NCBI GenBank assembly: GCA_037440465.1
Contig: JBBIUB010000003.1
Location: forward strand, 7,780 to 71,779
From: Coprothermobacterota bacterium
GTDB taxonomy: Bacteria > Coprothermobacterota > HKB111
Direction: 5' to 3'
Length of the DNA stretch: 64,000 nt
In this document: positions 27,775-39,107 of the stretch, one piece after another
Layout: the number at the start of each line of letters is the position of its first letter
Numbering within the stretch: the stretch's first letter is position 1
Made by a program: the position numbers and the translations under genes
Notes under the pieces: model-generated
The model's input: the letters and a program-made list of their open reading frames with translations, nothing else
Database searches by the model: none
What the model was told of the DNA's origin: nothing

Positions 27775-29532
27775 ATGAGAACAAGTAAACTTTTCGCTCC
27801 AACTCTGCGGGAAGACCCAGCAGAAGCAGAAGTTGACTCCCATAAACTATTGCTAAGAGCTGGATTTATCAAACAGGTAGCTGCAGGAGTATTTGTTTTC
27901 CTTCCTCTTGGTCTAAGGTCTATTAAAAAAATAGAAAATATAATCAGAGAAGAACATGACAAAATCGGTGCTCAGGAAGTATTTCTTTCAGTTCTTCAAC
28001 CAAGAGAACTCTGGGAAGAGACTGGTCGCTGGGACCTTTATGGTGATATTCTTTTTCGTCTAAAAGATCGACGGGGTAGAGACCTAGCTCTGGGTCCTAC
28101 TCATGAAGAACCAATTACGGATATAATAAGAAACTTGGTCAATAGTTACAAAGAATTACCCATTGCTTTATATCAAATCCAGACAAAATTTCGTGATGAA
28201 CTTCGTCCACGATTTGGACTCATCAGGGGAAGAGAATTTTTAATGAAAGACATGTATAGCTTCCACGAAACACCAGAAAACCTGGAATCTTTTTATAGTC
28301 ATGTAAGTAGAGCTTATGAGAGAATCTTTTCCCGCCTTGGGTTAACTTACCATCTTGTAGAAGCTGATCCCGGAACCATAGGTGGCTCAGCCAATCATGA
28401 ATTCCTGGTACCAGGTCTTTCTGGAGAATCCCAATTTTTCATATGTGATAACTGTGGATACAAGGCAACTTCTGAAAAAGTTACTGGTGGTGTTGCAATA
28501 ATGCCACCAAAAAATGAAATCTCACCAATCAAGGAAGTTTATACTCCGGGAACTGATAGTATTGAAAAACTCTCTGAATATCTAAAAGTAGAACCCAGCG
28601 AGATAATTAAGACGATGGTATACATAATTGATGGGAAGTCAACAATCGTTTTATTGAGGGGTGATTATGAGGTTAATGAGACCAAGGTTATAAATAAACT
28701 TGCTGCCATTGACATAAGGGTGGCTACGGGAGAGGAAGTTCTGACTCTATTCTCCTCTCCAGTTGGTTTTCTTGGTCCGGTAAATCTCCTAACCAATTTA
28801 CCAATACTTGTTGATGAAAGTATTTTTACTGTAACATCAGGAGTTGTTGGAGCTAACAAAGAAGATTACCATTTATCTGGTTTTAACCCTCAAAGGGATT
28901 TACCCACTGGAATCATCAGGGGTGATTACAGAAACACCAGAAATGGAGACCTCTGCCCTCATTGTTACCAGTCTTTAAAGGAACTGCAGGGCATGGAAGT
29001 TGGTCATGTCTTTAACCTTGGTTCTAAATACTCACATTCAATGAAGGCTACTTTCACCGATAAAGATGGCAAAGGACAGAAATATTTAATGGGTTGTTAC
29101 GGCGTGGGCATCAGCAGAACCTTACAATCCATTGCTGAAGAACATCACGATGAATTTGGGTTGAAGTGGCCCATTGCATCAGCCCCCTATGAAGTAATTA
29201 TAATACCTATTGACTATCGCGATACCGAACAGAAAAAAGTGGCCGAAGAGCTTTATTTTAATTTACAAGAAGAAGGGTTGGAAGTCGTTCTTGATGACCG
29301 AGAAGTAACTGCCGGGGTTAAGTTTAACGATGCTGACTTAATTGGCTACCCAATTAGAGTGACTATAAGTTCCAGAACCCTCAAACAGTATTCTTTGGAA
29401 GTAATGTTGAGAAAAGATCGATCTACTACACTGATTCCGACTAATACAGCTAAATTCTACATTAAAGAGGTTAAAGCCAAATTATTTAATGAATTAATTG
29501 AAAGAACTCCTCCCCTTCTAACCTCCAGCTAA
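27775..29532 (+). CDS. proS: Proline--tRNA ligase (bacterial type with editing insertion)
   Basis: LGPTHEE, FRDELRPRFGLIRGREF, GANK editing motif, MGCYGVGISR. Confidence 0.98.
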   Translation: MRTSKLFAPTLREDPAEAEVDSHKLLLRAGFIKQVAAGVFVFLPLGLRSIKKIENIIREEHDKIGAQEVFLSVLQPRELWEETGRWDLYGDILFRLKDRRGRDLALGPTHEEPITDIIRNLVNSYKELPIALYQIQTKFRDELRPRFGLIRGREFLMKDMYSFHETPENLESFYSHVSRAYERIFSRLGLTYHLVEADPGTIGGSANHEFLVPGLSGESQFFICDNCGYKATSEKVTGGVAIMPPKNEISPIKEVYTPGTDSIEKLSEYLKVEPSEIIKTMVYIIDGKSTIVLLRGDYEVNETKVINKLAAIDIRVATGEEVLTLFSSPVGFLGPVNLLTNLPILVDESIFTVTSGVVGANKEDYHLSGFNPQRDLPTGIIRGDYRNTRNGDLCPHCYQSLKELQGMEVGHVFNLGSKYSHSMKATFTDKDGKGQKYLMGCYGVGISRTLQSIAEEHHDEFGLKWPIASAPYEVIIIPIDYRDTEQKKVAEELYFNLQEEGLEVVLDDREVTAGVKFNDADLIGYPIRVTISSRTLKQYSLEVMLRKDRSTTLIPTNTAKFYIKEVKAKLFNELIERTPPLLTSS

Positions 29533-29751
29533 GGGCGAGAGAATAAATACTTCCTCTCCCCCTTGAAGGAGAACATCCTTCCCTACAGCTTTTCCATTTA
29601 CAAGAAAAGCCATAGCTTGATTGGAGGAAAAACCCAGGGTTTCGAGAACCTGGGAAATAGTTAGCGGTGTATCTATAGAAACAGTTAACTCATCTTGATT
29701 TTTAAAGTAAAGCTCTTTAAGATGACCCAGAACCTTGAATGTTACTTTCAC
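29518..29751 (-). CDS. MoaD/ThiS-family sulfur carrier
   Basis: 77 aa ubiquitin-like, C-terminal PLAGG; directly after AOR. Confidence 0.9.
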   Translation of the reverse strand: MKVTFKVLGHLKELYFKNQDELTVSIDTPLTISQVLETLGFSSNQAMAFLVNGKAVGKDVLLQGGEEVFILSPLAGG

Positions 29752-31604
29752 TATTTGTAAAAACCTCTCTTTTTCAAATCCTCTACCACAAAATCCAGTC
29801 TTAGCTCTTTAAGCTTCTCTTCTTTAGGCAGACCATTGTCGTCCCACCCCCGAAGAGCATAATACTCATCTAAAAGCTTATGAATAAGCTCTTCTGAGAT
29901 ATATTTACCTTCTGCAGGACCTGTGGGGACAGGTTCTTTATACCATCTTTTAGGTGGAAGGTCAGAACTTCTGCCAAAACCAGGAACCTCCCTGAACCAA
30001 TATGCACGGGTCAAATTCCAGATTTTCTCTGAGATTCTTAAAAGGTCTTCCCAAGAGTAAGGAAAACCGGTAATAGCCTGAAATATAGGCTCGTAATGAT
30101 TTAGAGAAAGGCCAATTTCCACCCACTGAAGACGACAGGAACCAAGAGCATCAAAAAGAGGTCTTATATGTTGGAGTTCTATTACCCTCTTAGCTTTACC
30201 CTCTATTTTATCTCTACCTACTTGAACATCATAAGTAAAAGCCCAAGCTCTATTGTGGTGTGCCCCAACATCAGCGGTCATATAAGCCAACATCATGGCT
30301 GGAGCATATCTGGACTCATATCCACTTATCTCCATACCTTTAATCTCCATAGCATAATCCTGACTTCCCATGCCAAGTACCTTTGCTGTTTCTCTAACAC
30401 CTTTCGCCAGAATATCTCCTAAACCTTCTCTCGTGGCTATCCTGTTAGCCAGTGAAGCCAGTCCCTTTACATCACCCCATGCTACCTTTCCGCCCATATC
30501 TGTTTCACTAAGGACCCCTTTTTCCTGAGCTTCTAAAGCAAAAGCCAGAACATTTCCTCCCGAGATTGTATCAAGACCGAGGTCATCCAGAACATAATTA
30601 AGGTAAGCCACCTCATCAATATCTTTCAAAAGAAGATTCCCACCAAGTAAGGCTATAGTTTCATATTCAGGACCTTCAACATAAATATCTTCAGTATCCA
30701 TTTTCACTCTGGAATATTTACCGCATGGTGTGGGGCACCCAAAGCAACCCTTGTCAGTCACCACTATCTTTTCTCTCATCACCTCACCGACAAGATTTTC
30801 ATACCCTTCCATATAGGATGCCCAGAAATTTTTGGTGGGAAAAGCACTGTTTTCGTTAACCCAGCGAACCACTCCGGGTGTGCCATAATCAGTCCAGTAA
30901 GCATAACCAGGCTTATTTCTAACATCTTCATACATCTTCTTGCCTAATTCTAATACTCTCACAGGGTCCTTTAAGGGGAAACCTTTTGTACCTCTAATTC
31001 CCACAGCTTTAATCTTTTTATACCCCATCATAGTTCCCATACCAGCCCTACCAGCCTGACGACCAAAGTCATGATTAATGCAAGCAAAATTCACTAGATT
31101 TTCCCCTGCAGGTCCTATAACCATAAACTCAAATTCTTCACCAAATTCATGCTTTAAGAGCCTTTCTGTCTCAAAAGCACCCTTTCCCCAAAGGTGAGAA
31201 GCATCTCTAAAAGTAATGTTATTATCATCAATGAGAATTATAATGGGTTCCTCACTCACTTCTTTTATCACAATCAAATCATAACCAGCAAATTTCATTT
31301 CTGATGCAATATGCCCACCCATATTGGAGTCCCCATACCCTCCCGTTAGGGGCGATTTTGCACCTATTTCCACCTTTCCAGCCCCTGCAACCAAGGTTCC
31401 TGAAAGAGGTCCAGAAGCAATGTAAAGGTGATTATCATCACTTAGTGGTTTTACTCCTGATGGAGTATGAGTATATTCCATGAAGGCCGTAAAACCTCTG
31501 CCCCCCAGAAAGTTCTCAGCCATATAATTATCCGTTAATGTTATTGAACTACATCTCTTTCCTAAATCTATCCACAGAGTTTTTCCTCCATATCCATAAA
31601 GCAT
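29751..31604 (-). CDS. Aldehyde:ferredoxin oxidoreductase family (W/Mo-bis-pterin) catalytic subunit
   Basis: FLGGRG, KSPLTGG..DSNMGG, IGPAGE, CFGCPTPC, EGPEYET, DDLGLDTIS, YYALRGWD..G.P. Confidence 0.95.
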   Translation of the reverse strand: MLYGYGGKTLWIDLGKRCSSITLTDNYMAENFLGGRGFTAFMEYTHTPSGVKPLSDDNHLYIASGPLSGTLVAGAGKVEIGAKSPLTGGYGDSNMGGHIASEMKFAGYDLIVIKEVSEEPIIILIDDNNITFRDASHLWGKGAFETERLLKHEFGEEFEFMVIGPAGENLVNFACINHDFGRQAGRAGMGTMMGYKKIKAVGIRGTKGFPLKDPVRVLELGKKMYEDVRNKPGYAYWTDYGTPGVVRWVNENSAFPTKNFWASYMEGYENLVGEVMREKIVVTDKGCFGCPTPCGKYSRVKMDTEDIYVEGPEYETIALLGGNLLLKDIDEVAYLNYVLDDLGLDTISGGNVLAFALEAQEKGVLSETDMGGKVAWGDVKGLASLANRIATREGLGDILAKGVRETAKVLGMGSQDYAMEIKGMEISGYESRYAPAMMLAYMTADVGAHHNRAWAFTYDVQVGRDKIEGKAKRVIELQHIRPLFDALGSCRLQWVEIGLSLNHYEPIFQAITGFPYSWEDLLRISEKIWNLTRAYWFREVPGFGRSSDLPPKRWYKEPVPTGPAEGKYISEELIHKLLDEYYALRGWDDNGLPKEEKLKELRLDFVVEDLKKRGFYK

Positions 31605-31607
31605 TGA

Positions 31608-32006
31608 TTATCCCTCCTTTTCAAAGTTTATAGCCCCATGTGGGCAGACCACACTACAATCACCACACCAGTCGCATTTAAGTGGTAATCTGGAATCTAC
31701 ATCCATAAAGAGAACTTTCTTAGGACATACCTCAAAGCATAAACCACATTCAGTACAAAGTTCTTTATTAAGCTTCACAATGCCTTTATCAAAAAATAAG
31801 GCTGATGTTGGACATATATTTGAACAATCACCGCACTGATCACAAAAGTTAACATGATAAACGCCTGGAATAGGAAATTCACCATTTATCCTTATGGCTC
31901 CTTTAGTAGGATTATTTTCCATAAGCTTTGCAAGAGAACATACAAGTTCACAAGCTTTACAACCCGAACATCGTTTATCTTCAACTAACATTTTAGCCAC
32001 TTTCAT
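31608..32006 (-). CDS. Multi-[4Fe-4S] subunit of AOR
   Basis: Four CxxCxxCxxxC(P) groups. Confidence 0.9.
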   Translation of the reverse strand: MKVAKMLVEDKRCSGCKACELVCSLAKLMENNPTKGAIRINGEFPIPGVYHVNFCDQCGDCSNICPTSALFFDKGIVKLNKELCTECGLCFEVCPKKVLFMDVDSRLPLKCDWCGDCSVVCPHGAINFEKEG

Positions 32007-32028
32007 TAACCTCCTTCAAAAATTATGT

Positions 32029-33180
32029 CTACCCAACTACACTTGGTTCTTTTATAAGTTCCCCTCTCACAAACCTGTGATAGTCAAGCGCATTTATATT
32101 TATTGAGGGTTCTTCTCCCAATATAATTTGTGATAGAAGCTCTCCACTCATTGGAGATAGCATAAAACCGTGACCTGAAAAACCTGTAGAAATATAAAGA
32201 CCTTCTACTTCTGATATTTTACCAATAATTGGTGTTGCATCAGGAGTCATATCATAACTCCCACCCCATTGCCTTACAACCCTTACATTCTTGAAAAATG
32301 GAAAAAGCCTGTTTATCTTTTTACTCATAGTGCGGAGAAAATCAAAGGTAGAAGAAATGTCCTCTCCTTTAGGTTCATTGGGATCACCACAACCCATAAT
32401 AAAACTGCCATGAGGTGTTTGTTGACAATATAAGTTTAGTGAAAAAGAGATGACCATTGATTTAACCATAGGTTCTAAGGGTTCTGTTACTAATGCCTGG
32501 TGTTTTTCTCCCCATAAGGGTATTTCAATATCAATATCTTTTAATAAATTTACGGTATTAATACCGGAAGTTACCACAACCTTATCTGCATAAATCTTTC
32601 CCTTTTCTGTTTCAACTCCTACTATCCTTTCTTTCTCTCTTATGAGTTGATTAACAGGAGTAAATTTCTTTATTTCTACTCCCATTCTGGATGCAGCTTC
32701 TCCATAGGCAAAAACTACTCTATGGGGGTCAGCGTATCCGTCTCTCCCATGAAAGGTACCACCCAGTACTCCCTCAATATTCAAGTAAGGTACAATTTCT
32801 TTTGCTTCAGCAGGAGTTATTAATAATGATCTAATCCCAAAAGAATTCTGTAAAGTTACATTTTTTCTGAGTTGCTCAAATTCGCTTTCTTGATAAGCGA
32901 GTATAAGATAACCTCCTTGCTTAAGATGTATTCCCCCTGGAAAATTCAGTTCTTCGTCCATCATTTCAAATTTCTCAAGGGATTTTAAAGCCAGAAGACA
33001 ATTAATAGGAAGTCCCCATTGTGCCCTGATACCGGCAGCGCAAGCACCAGTAGCACCTGAACCAAGATAGTTCTTTTCAAGTAGAATGATTTTACCTGCC
33101 TTCTTTGAAGCCAGATGATAAGCCAGAGATACCCCCTGACATCCACCTCCTACAATGATGATATCTGCAGTTTCAATCAT
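32029..33180 (-). CDS. FAD-dependent oxidoreductase, sarcosine oxidase beta / dye-linked proline dehydrogenase beta family
   Basis: IIVGGG..G, GSGATG..AAGIRAQW, YDMTPDATPIIG, TGFSGHGFMLSP. Confidence 0.9.
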   Translation of the reverse strand: MIETADIIIVGGGCQGVSLAYHLASKKAGKIILLEKNYLGSGATGACAAGIRAQWGLPINCLLALKSLEKFEMMDEELNFPGGIHLKQGGYLILAYQESEFEQLRKNVTLQNSFGIRSLLITPAEAKEIVPYLNIEGVLGGTFHGRDGYADPHRVVFAYGEAASRMGVEIKKFTPVNQLIREKERIVGVETEKGKIYADKVVVTSGINTVNLLKDIDIEIPLWGEKHQALVTEPLEPMVKSMVISFSLNLYCQQTPHGSFIMGCGDPNEPKGEDISSTFDFLRTMSKKINRLFPFFKNVRVVRQWGGSYDMTPDATPIIGKISEVEGLYISTGFSGHGFMLSPMSGELLSQIILGEEPSININALDYHRFVRGELIKEPSVVG

Positions 33181-33454
33181 CTTCTTCTCCCAGAATTTCT
33201 TTGAAGATTATCGGCTTTGCTGGAGGACGGGCGTGAGTAGGTCTTAAAGGTTGTTCTTTAATATCTTTCTTTAAGTATCTGGTTATTTCCTGAAGGATTA
33301 ACAACTTGCAGGTTTTACCCTGACAGGGACCCATACCGGCTCTACTCAAACGTTTAATTTCGTCAAAAGTGGTATATCCACGCTTTAAGTATTCTCTTAA
33401 ATCCTTAAGGGTTAAGTCTTCACATCTACAGATAATTACTTTATCTTCTTTCAT
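33173..33454 (-). CDS. BFD-like [2Fe-2S] binding subunit
   Basis: ICRCED..GMGPCQGKTC..RPP. Confidence 0.88.
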   Translation of the reverse strand: MKEDKVIICRCEDLTLKDLREYLKRGYTTFDEIKRLSRAGMGPCQGKTCKLLILQEITRYLKKDIKEQPLRPTHARPPAKPIIFKEILGEEDD

Positions 33455-33959
33455 TTAACCTTTTCAAATAAAAGTGTCTTATATCCATAACCTGATTAAG
33501 AGGCACAAGGATTGTCACCATAGGAGTCTTAGCTTTTCTCCCAGAGATTTTAACTTCATCAACTATTACCTCTCCTACGATATTTCCCTCTCTGTCAACT
33601 GCTAGAACACTTTCTCCTTTTTCAGGTAACGGCTGGAATTCGTAGGGCATAGATATTGAAGCCTGATTATTTCCAACAGTTTCGTCTATTAAGAAAATAG
33701 CCAAACCGGGGCATTCAGAAACACATAAACCACAACCCGTGCATCTATCAAAATCAATTTCAGGTAAATCGTTAATATTAACAAACTCTTTTACAGCCTT
33801 GAAAGGACAGGCAGCATAACAAGGGTCGCAGGGTATCTCTTCAAAACACTCTATCATTGCATAAGGACCTTCACATCTTCTTTTTTTTGACGGAATAAAT
33901 CTTTTTAATTCTTCTTTTGTTGGAACCCCTGTTTTTTCAAGCATACTTAAATCCTTCAA
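33441..33959 (-). CDS. [4Fe-4S] ferredoxin-like subunit (PdhF/gamma type)
   Basis: ECFEEIPCDPCYAACP and CTGCGLCVSECPGLAIF; PYEF.PLP. Confidence 0.88.
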   Translation of the reverse strand: MKDLSMLEKTGVPTKEELKRFIPSKKRRCEGPYAMIECFEEIPCDPCYAACPFKAVKEFVNINDLPEIDFDRCTGCGLCVSECPGLAIFLIDETVGNNQASISMPYEFQPLPEKGESVLAVDREGNIVGEVIVDEVKISGRKAKTPMVTILVPLNQVMDIRHFYLKRLNERR

Positions 33960-35061
33960 TTACAGATTGTTTATCATTAGTTTTTAACTTAGAAATACCT
34001 TCTTTAATTTTGAAGCTCTTAGGACCAGCTCTATATTTACTCAAGGATTCAAGTATCCTTTCTATTTCTCTATCAACACCATCTCTAATATAACCTATAT
34101 CTTGAGCTGCTACCAAACCAGCTAACCTTCCTTGAAGCATAGCCGTGGTAGCTTCCTCTACTCCTGCTAAATCCCCTACCACAAAGATTTCTTTTCTTGA
34201 AGTACGCATGAATTCATCATGAAAAGGAACAAAACCACCAAGTTCTGGGATATATACAAATTTCAACCCACACTGTTCCAGAAGTTCGCCAAGCGGATTT
34301 AAACCAACTGCTAAAGAGATAACATCAACTTTGAGGACTTTTTCTGTCCCAGGTACTGGTCTTAGGTTATTATCTAAAGCAGTGATTACAGCTTCCTCTA
34401 CTTTATTTTCTCCTCTCGCTTCCAGAATAGTATGTCTTAAATAAATTGGAATGCCCATTCGCCTTATCTTACTTGCATGAACCAGATAGCCTCCTATTTT
34501 AGGCATAGCATCTAAAACACAAATGACTCTTGCTCCAGCTTGAAGAAGTTGATAGCTAACAATTAAACCAATATTTCCTGCTCCAACCATGAGATAAGTA
34601 TCGCCAGGAAGGACGCCATTTACATTCATTAAAGTCTGGATAGCTCCAGCAGCATATACTCCGGGAAGATCGTTACCGGGGAAAAGAAGCATTCTCTCTG
34701 AAGCACCGGTGGCAAAAATAACCCTATCATACCTTATTTTTTTTAAGGTCTGATTATGACTGTATATAATAGTACAATCGGGATAAAATGCAACAACCTC
34801 CCCCCCTTGAATAGTTTTAAGGTTCCCATTTTCAGAAGACTTAATTTCCTCTGATAACCTTGTGGCTATATCTATTCCTCTAACACCAGCTTGTTCCTTA
34901 TAAGTACCAAAAAACTTGTGGGTTTGTTTTATCAGTTGACCACCGAGTGTTTCTTGCCTATCAATCAGAGTAACACAAGCTCCAAGGTTAGAAGCTGCCA
35001 GTGCAGCCATAAGGCCTGCTGGACCACCTCCAACTACCAGAACCTGAGTATCTTTCATCAA
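33937..35061 (-). CDS. FAD/NAD(P)-dependent oxidoreductase (proline dehydrogenase alpha-like)
   Basis: VGGGPAG, GGQLIKQTHKFFG, ATGASER, FPGNDLPGV, GAGNIG, GD.AGVEEA. Confidence 0.9.
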   Translation of the reverse strand: MMKDTQVLVVGGGPAGLMAALAASNLGACVTLIDRQETLGGQLIKQTHKFFGTYKEQAGVRGIDIATRLSEEIKSSENGNLKTIQGGEVVAFYPDCTIIYSHNQTLKKIRYDRVIFATGASERMLLFPGNDLPGVYAAGAIQTLMNVNGVLPGDTYLMVGAGNIGLIVSYQLLQAGARVICVLDAMPKIGGYLVHASKIRRMGIPIYLRHTILEARGENKVEEAVITALDNNLRPVPGTEKVLKVDVISLAVGLNPLGELLEQCGLKFVYIPELGGFVPFHDEFMRTSRKEIFVVGDLAGVEEATTAMLQGRLAGLVAAQDIGYIRDGVDREIERILESLSKYRAGPKSFKIKEGISKLKTNDKQSVIEGFKYA

Positions 35062-35363
35062 AAAATTCCTTTACCTTCCTGGGTATGGATCTTCATGCCT
35101 TCTCTTAACGGGGTTACACATATTCGTACATTAGGCATACCATCAACTTCCATAAGGCAGGAAGAACAGTTCCCAATAACGCAAAAAAATCCCCGAGGTC
35201 TCTTTAGTTTAATAGAAGTGTGAAAGTTATATATTCCATAAGAAATTAATGCTGAGGCAATTGTATCTCCCTCAAAACCAGATAATTCTTTTCCATTAAA
35301 GGTAAAAGAGATTATTTTCCGGCGTGGAAAATTAAGAATGGGATGTTTCAAAATTCTCTTCAA
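35058..35363 (-). CDS. [2Fe-2S] subunit (Fer2_4; sarcosine oxidase alpha N-terminal-like)
   Basis: GDTIASAL, RPRGFFCVIGNCSSCLM..NVRIC. Confidence 0.9.
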   Translation of the reverse strand: MKRILKHPILNFPRRKIISFTFNGKELSGFEGDTIASALISYGIYNFHTSIKLKRPRGFFCVIGNCSSCLMEVDGMPNVRICVTPLREGMKIHTQEGKGIF

Positions 35364-35525
35364 GGAAGAGATTCTCCTTGATAGCAGGTGTTTATCTTTA
35401 TATTAAAACAAAACCAGATTAACATCAGAAAAAGTATAACATAGTAAAACCACTAAAAAGTTCACTTAAACCTCTTGAATTCATAAATCAAAATGGTCTA
35501 ACTAATTTAAGCTTAGTATATATTT

Positions 35526-36254
35526 TTAAGGAGAATGAGCTTCCGTAGCTGGTAAAGTTCCATCAAAAAACAACTTACCTCCCTTCAAGGTCAGGGATTT
35601 TATGGATAAACCTGAAACAGTCTTAAGACGAGCTTCAATAAAATTGATAATATCCTCATTTGATATAGGAAACAATCCCAATTCTAAAGGAACAGGTAAC
35701 CTGCCTATCTCCAGTTTTTTAATATCTAACTCTATTTCATTGTTAATTATTGAACCGGTACCCTTAATATAAAATGGAGGATTGGTTTTTAGAAAACCAA
35801 CTCTTTTCATAGCAGATTCTGCTTGATCTGAATCTACACCAAAGGCTTTAAGGCAGGGAATAATACGGTCCACCAGTATTACTCCAGAGGCTTCAGCCAT
35901 TCCATCCTCATGGATTTTAAGTTGAACATCCTTAACGGGAAAGTATTTCCAGGGACGATTGTGAATAAGGGCGGTTAATTCTTTATCAGTAAACGAGGTT
36001 TTAACAACCTTTGTTCCTGAATATTTCAGGCTTTCTTCTGGGGATAAGTCTGATGGGAGTAACACATATTTTGTACCTGTTTTAGACCTACCAGTATTAA
36101 AATCATCTTGTGTAAAAGTTGCTCCGAGATCTTTGGGTTTATCAGAACCAAATATCCTGGACACTCCAGGGATCAGTCCAAAATACCCTAATATGAGGAC
36201 AGCTATTACAACAACAATACCAATAAAAATAATGAGTCTAAGAATCACTTTCAT
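35526..36254 (-). CDS. Hypothetical membrane-anchored protein
   Basis: 242-aa ORF, N-terminal TM, purine-rich SD; no family recognised. Confidence 0.7.
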   Translation of the reverse strand: MKVILRLIIFIGIVVVIAVLILGYFGLIPGVSRIFGSDKPKDLGATFTQDDFNTGRSKTGTKYVLLPSDLSPEESLKYSGTKVVKTSFTDKELTALIHNRPWKYFPVKDVQLKIHEDGMAEASGVILVDRIIPCLKAFGVDSDQAESAMKRVGFLKTNPPFYIKGTGSIINNEIELDIKKLEIGRLPVPLELGLFPISNEDIINFIEARLKTVSGLSIKSLTLKGGKLFFDGTLPATEAHSP

Positions 36255-36264
36255 TTTTTCCCCC

Positions 36265-37292
36265 TTATAAGGATAAGTTGTTTTTCATTATATCACTAAA
36301 GTTCAAAGAATTAAGAGGAATGGGTGTTAACTTTTTCTCATAATATTTCCAGGCAGGTTGTCTAACGAAGCCAAGCTCTTCATTTATAGCCAACATGCCC
36401 GTATTAATTGAGTCGTTCCATGTTTTAATGGTTTTATATCCATAGTTCTTTGCATATTCTATAGCCTTATATTTTAAAGCCATAGCTATACCACGTCTGT
36501 GGTATTCTGGCCTTATCCCCGTAAGTCCCTGATATAAATCCTGAGGTGAGGCTTTGGAAATATGCAAACAACACCGTCCAATATAAAATTCTTTATCCTT
36601 AGCAATAAAGTAAGCATCAGGCATGAGGGTAGGAGACTTAAAATGGCTTCGTTTATACTCTTCAAAAGTAATAGGAGTATAGGGGTCTGGCTTGGGGACA
36701 TCTCTCCAGAGGGTATTATCCAATTCAAAAAGCCTGTAATCCCAATCAGTAGTCTTTTCCTTCTCCTCTATCATGGTAGTAAAATCTATCCCCTGCTTTA
36801 AAACAGTTTCCAGGGATGAATAAAATTCTTCAAGTTTAAAATCCTGCAAATTCAGCCTTGATTCCCATTCACGCCTTTTTTCTTCAAATCCTCTTTTTTC
36901 CAGAAAGGTTGCTACCTCTTTTCTATCCTCCCGTGCATTTGCCCTCAAGATAACAGCATTTAGAGAGTTCACCTCTTCCAATATCTTTTCGTATAGAAGA
37001 GTTCCAATACCCTGTTTCTGCCTCAGGGGATGTACCTGTATATTCACCCGGAATTTCTTTGGATGAAACATTTCGGGCTCGTGATGAAAAAGACCATAGG
37101 AAACTATCTCGTCTCCAGGTTGAATAACTACCACATACCTTTTTTGTAGATACTTCGTCCTATCAAAACTTTCATCCCAATGACGAAGTTCCTCTACAGT
37201 GCTGGGATATTCGGGGTAATTTGCACTCTCTATTCTACTATTGCTTCATAACCATCAGGTTTAAACTCCCTCAAAAATACAGATTGAGCCAT
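36265..37292 (-). pseudogene. Tandem-GNAT acetyltransferase with a 1-nt frameshift near codon 21
   Basis: ATG 37292 reads MAQSVFLREFKPDGYEAIVE then TAG; adding one A near 37232-37234 joins it to IESANYPEYP..YVVVIQPG, continuous with the 289-aa ORF (VHP..QKQGIG; TGIRPEYHRRGIA; N..MLAINEELGF). Confidence 0.75.
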
Positions 37293-37385
37293 TTATACAT
37301 ATCTCTTTGGTTCAAGCAATTTAATTATTTTTTAATTATACATCTATTTTATGCTAATCTATATAAAAATAAAGGCAGGTGATAA

Positions 37386-38849
<1,464 letters not shown>

Positions 38850-38850
38850 T

Positions 38851-38879
38851 TTGCATTTAAACACTAAATTTGATATAAT
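38851..38879 (+). promoter_or_regulatory. Sigma70 promoter of rpmB
   Basis: TTGCAT-17 bp-TATAAT with TG extension. Confidence 0.75.
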
Positions 38880-38915
38880 GTATAGTTAATATTGTTAAGG
38901 GAGGATTAGTTTTAG

Positions 38916-39107
38916 ATGTCCAAATTTTGTGACTTATGCGGAAAAGGACCAGGTAGTGGTAATCATGTAAGTAAATCTAAAGTTATGGTAAAAAGGCGAT
39001 GGTTACCCAACTTACATAAGATAAAAGCTCGCATTGGCGATTCAGTAAAATTAGTTAAAGTTTGTAGTAAGTGTCTTAAAGCTCAGAAAGTTGTTAAGGT
39101 AGTTTAA
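38916..39107 (+). CDS. rpmB: 50S ribosomal protein L28 (Zn-binding form)
   Basis: CDLCGK..GNHVS..RRWLPNL..VCSKCLK; GGAGG SD. Confidence 0.97.
   Translation: MSKFCDLCGKGPGSGNHVSKSKVMVKRRWLPNLHKIKARIGDSVKLVKVCSKCLKAQKVVKVV

Noticed and set aside
29518-35363. Selenocysteine or other stop-codon recoding in the redox operon
   Set aside because: All subunits appear full length with complete Cys motifs; no in-frame TGA needs to be read through.
27369-36254. Genomic island integrated at the tRNA cluster
   Set aside because: No integrase, no duplicated tRNA 3' end seen, and the housekeeping gene proS follows directly.
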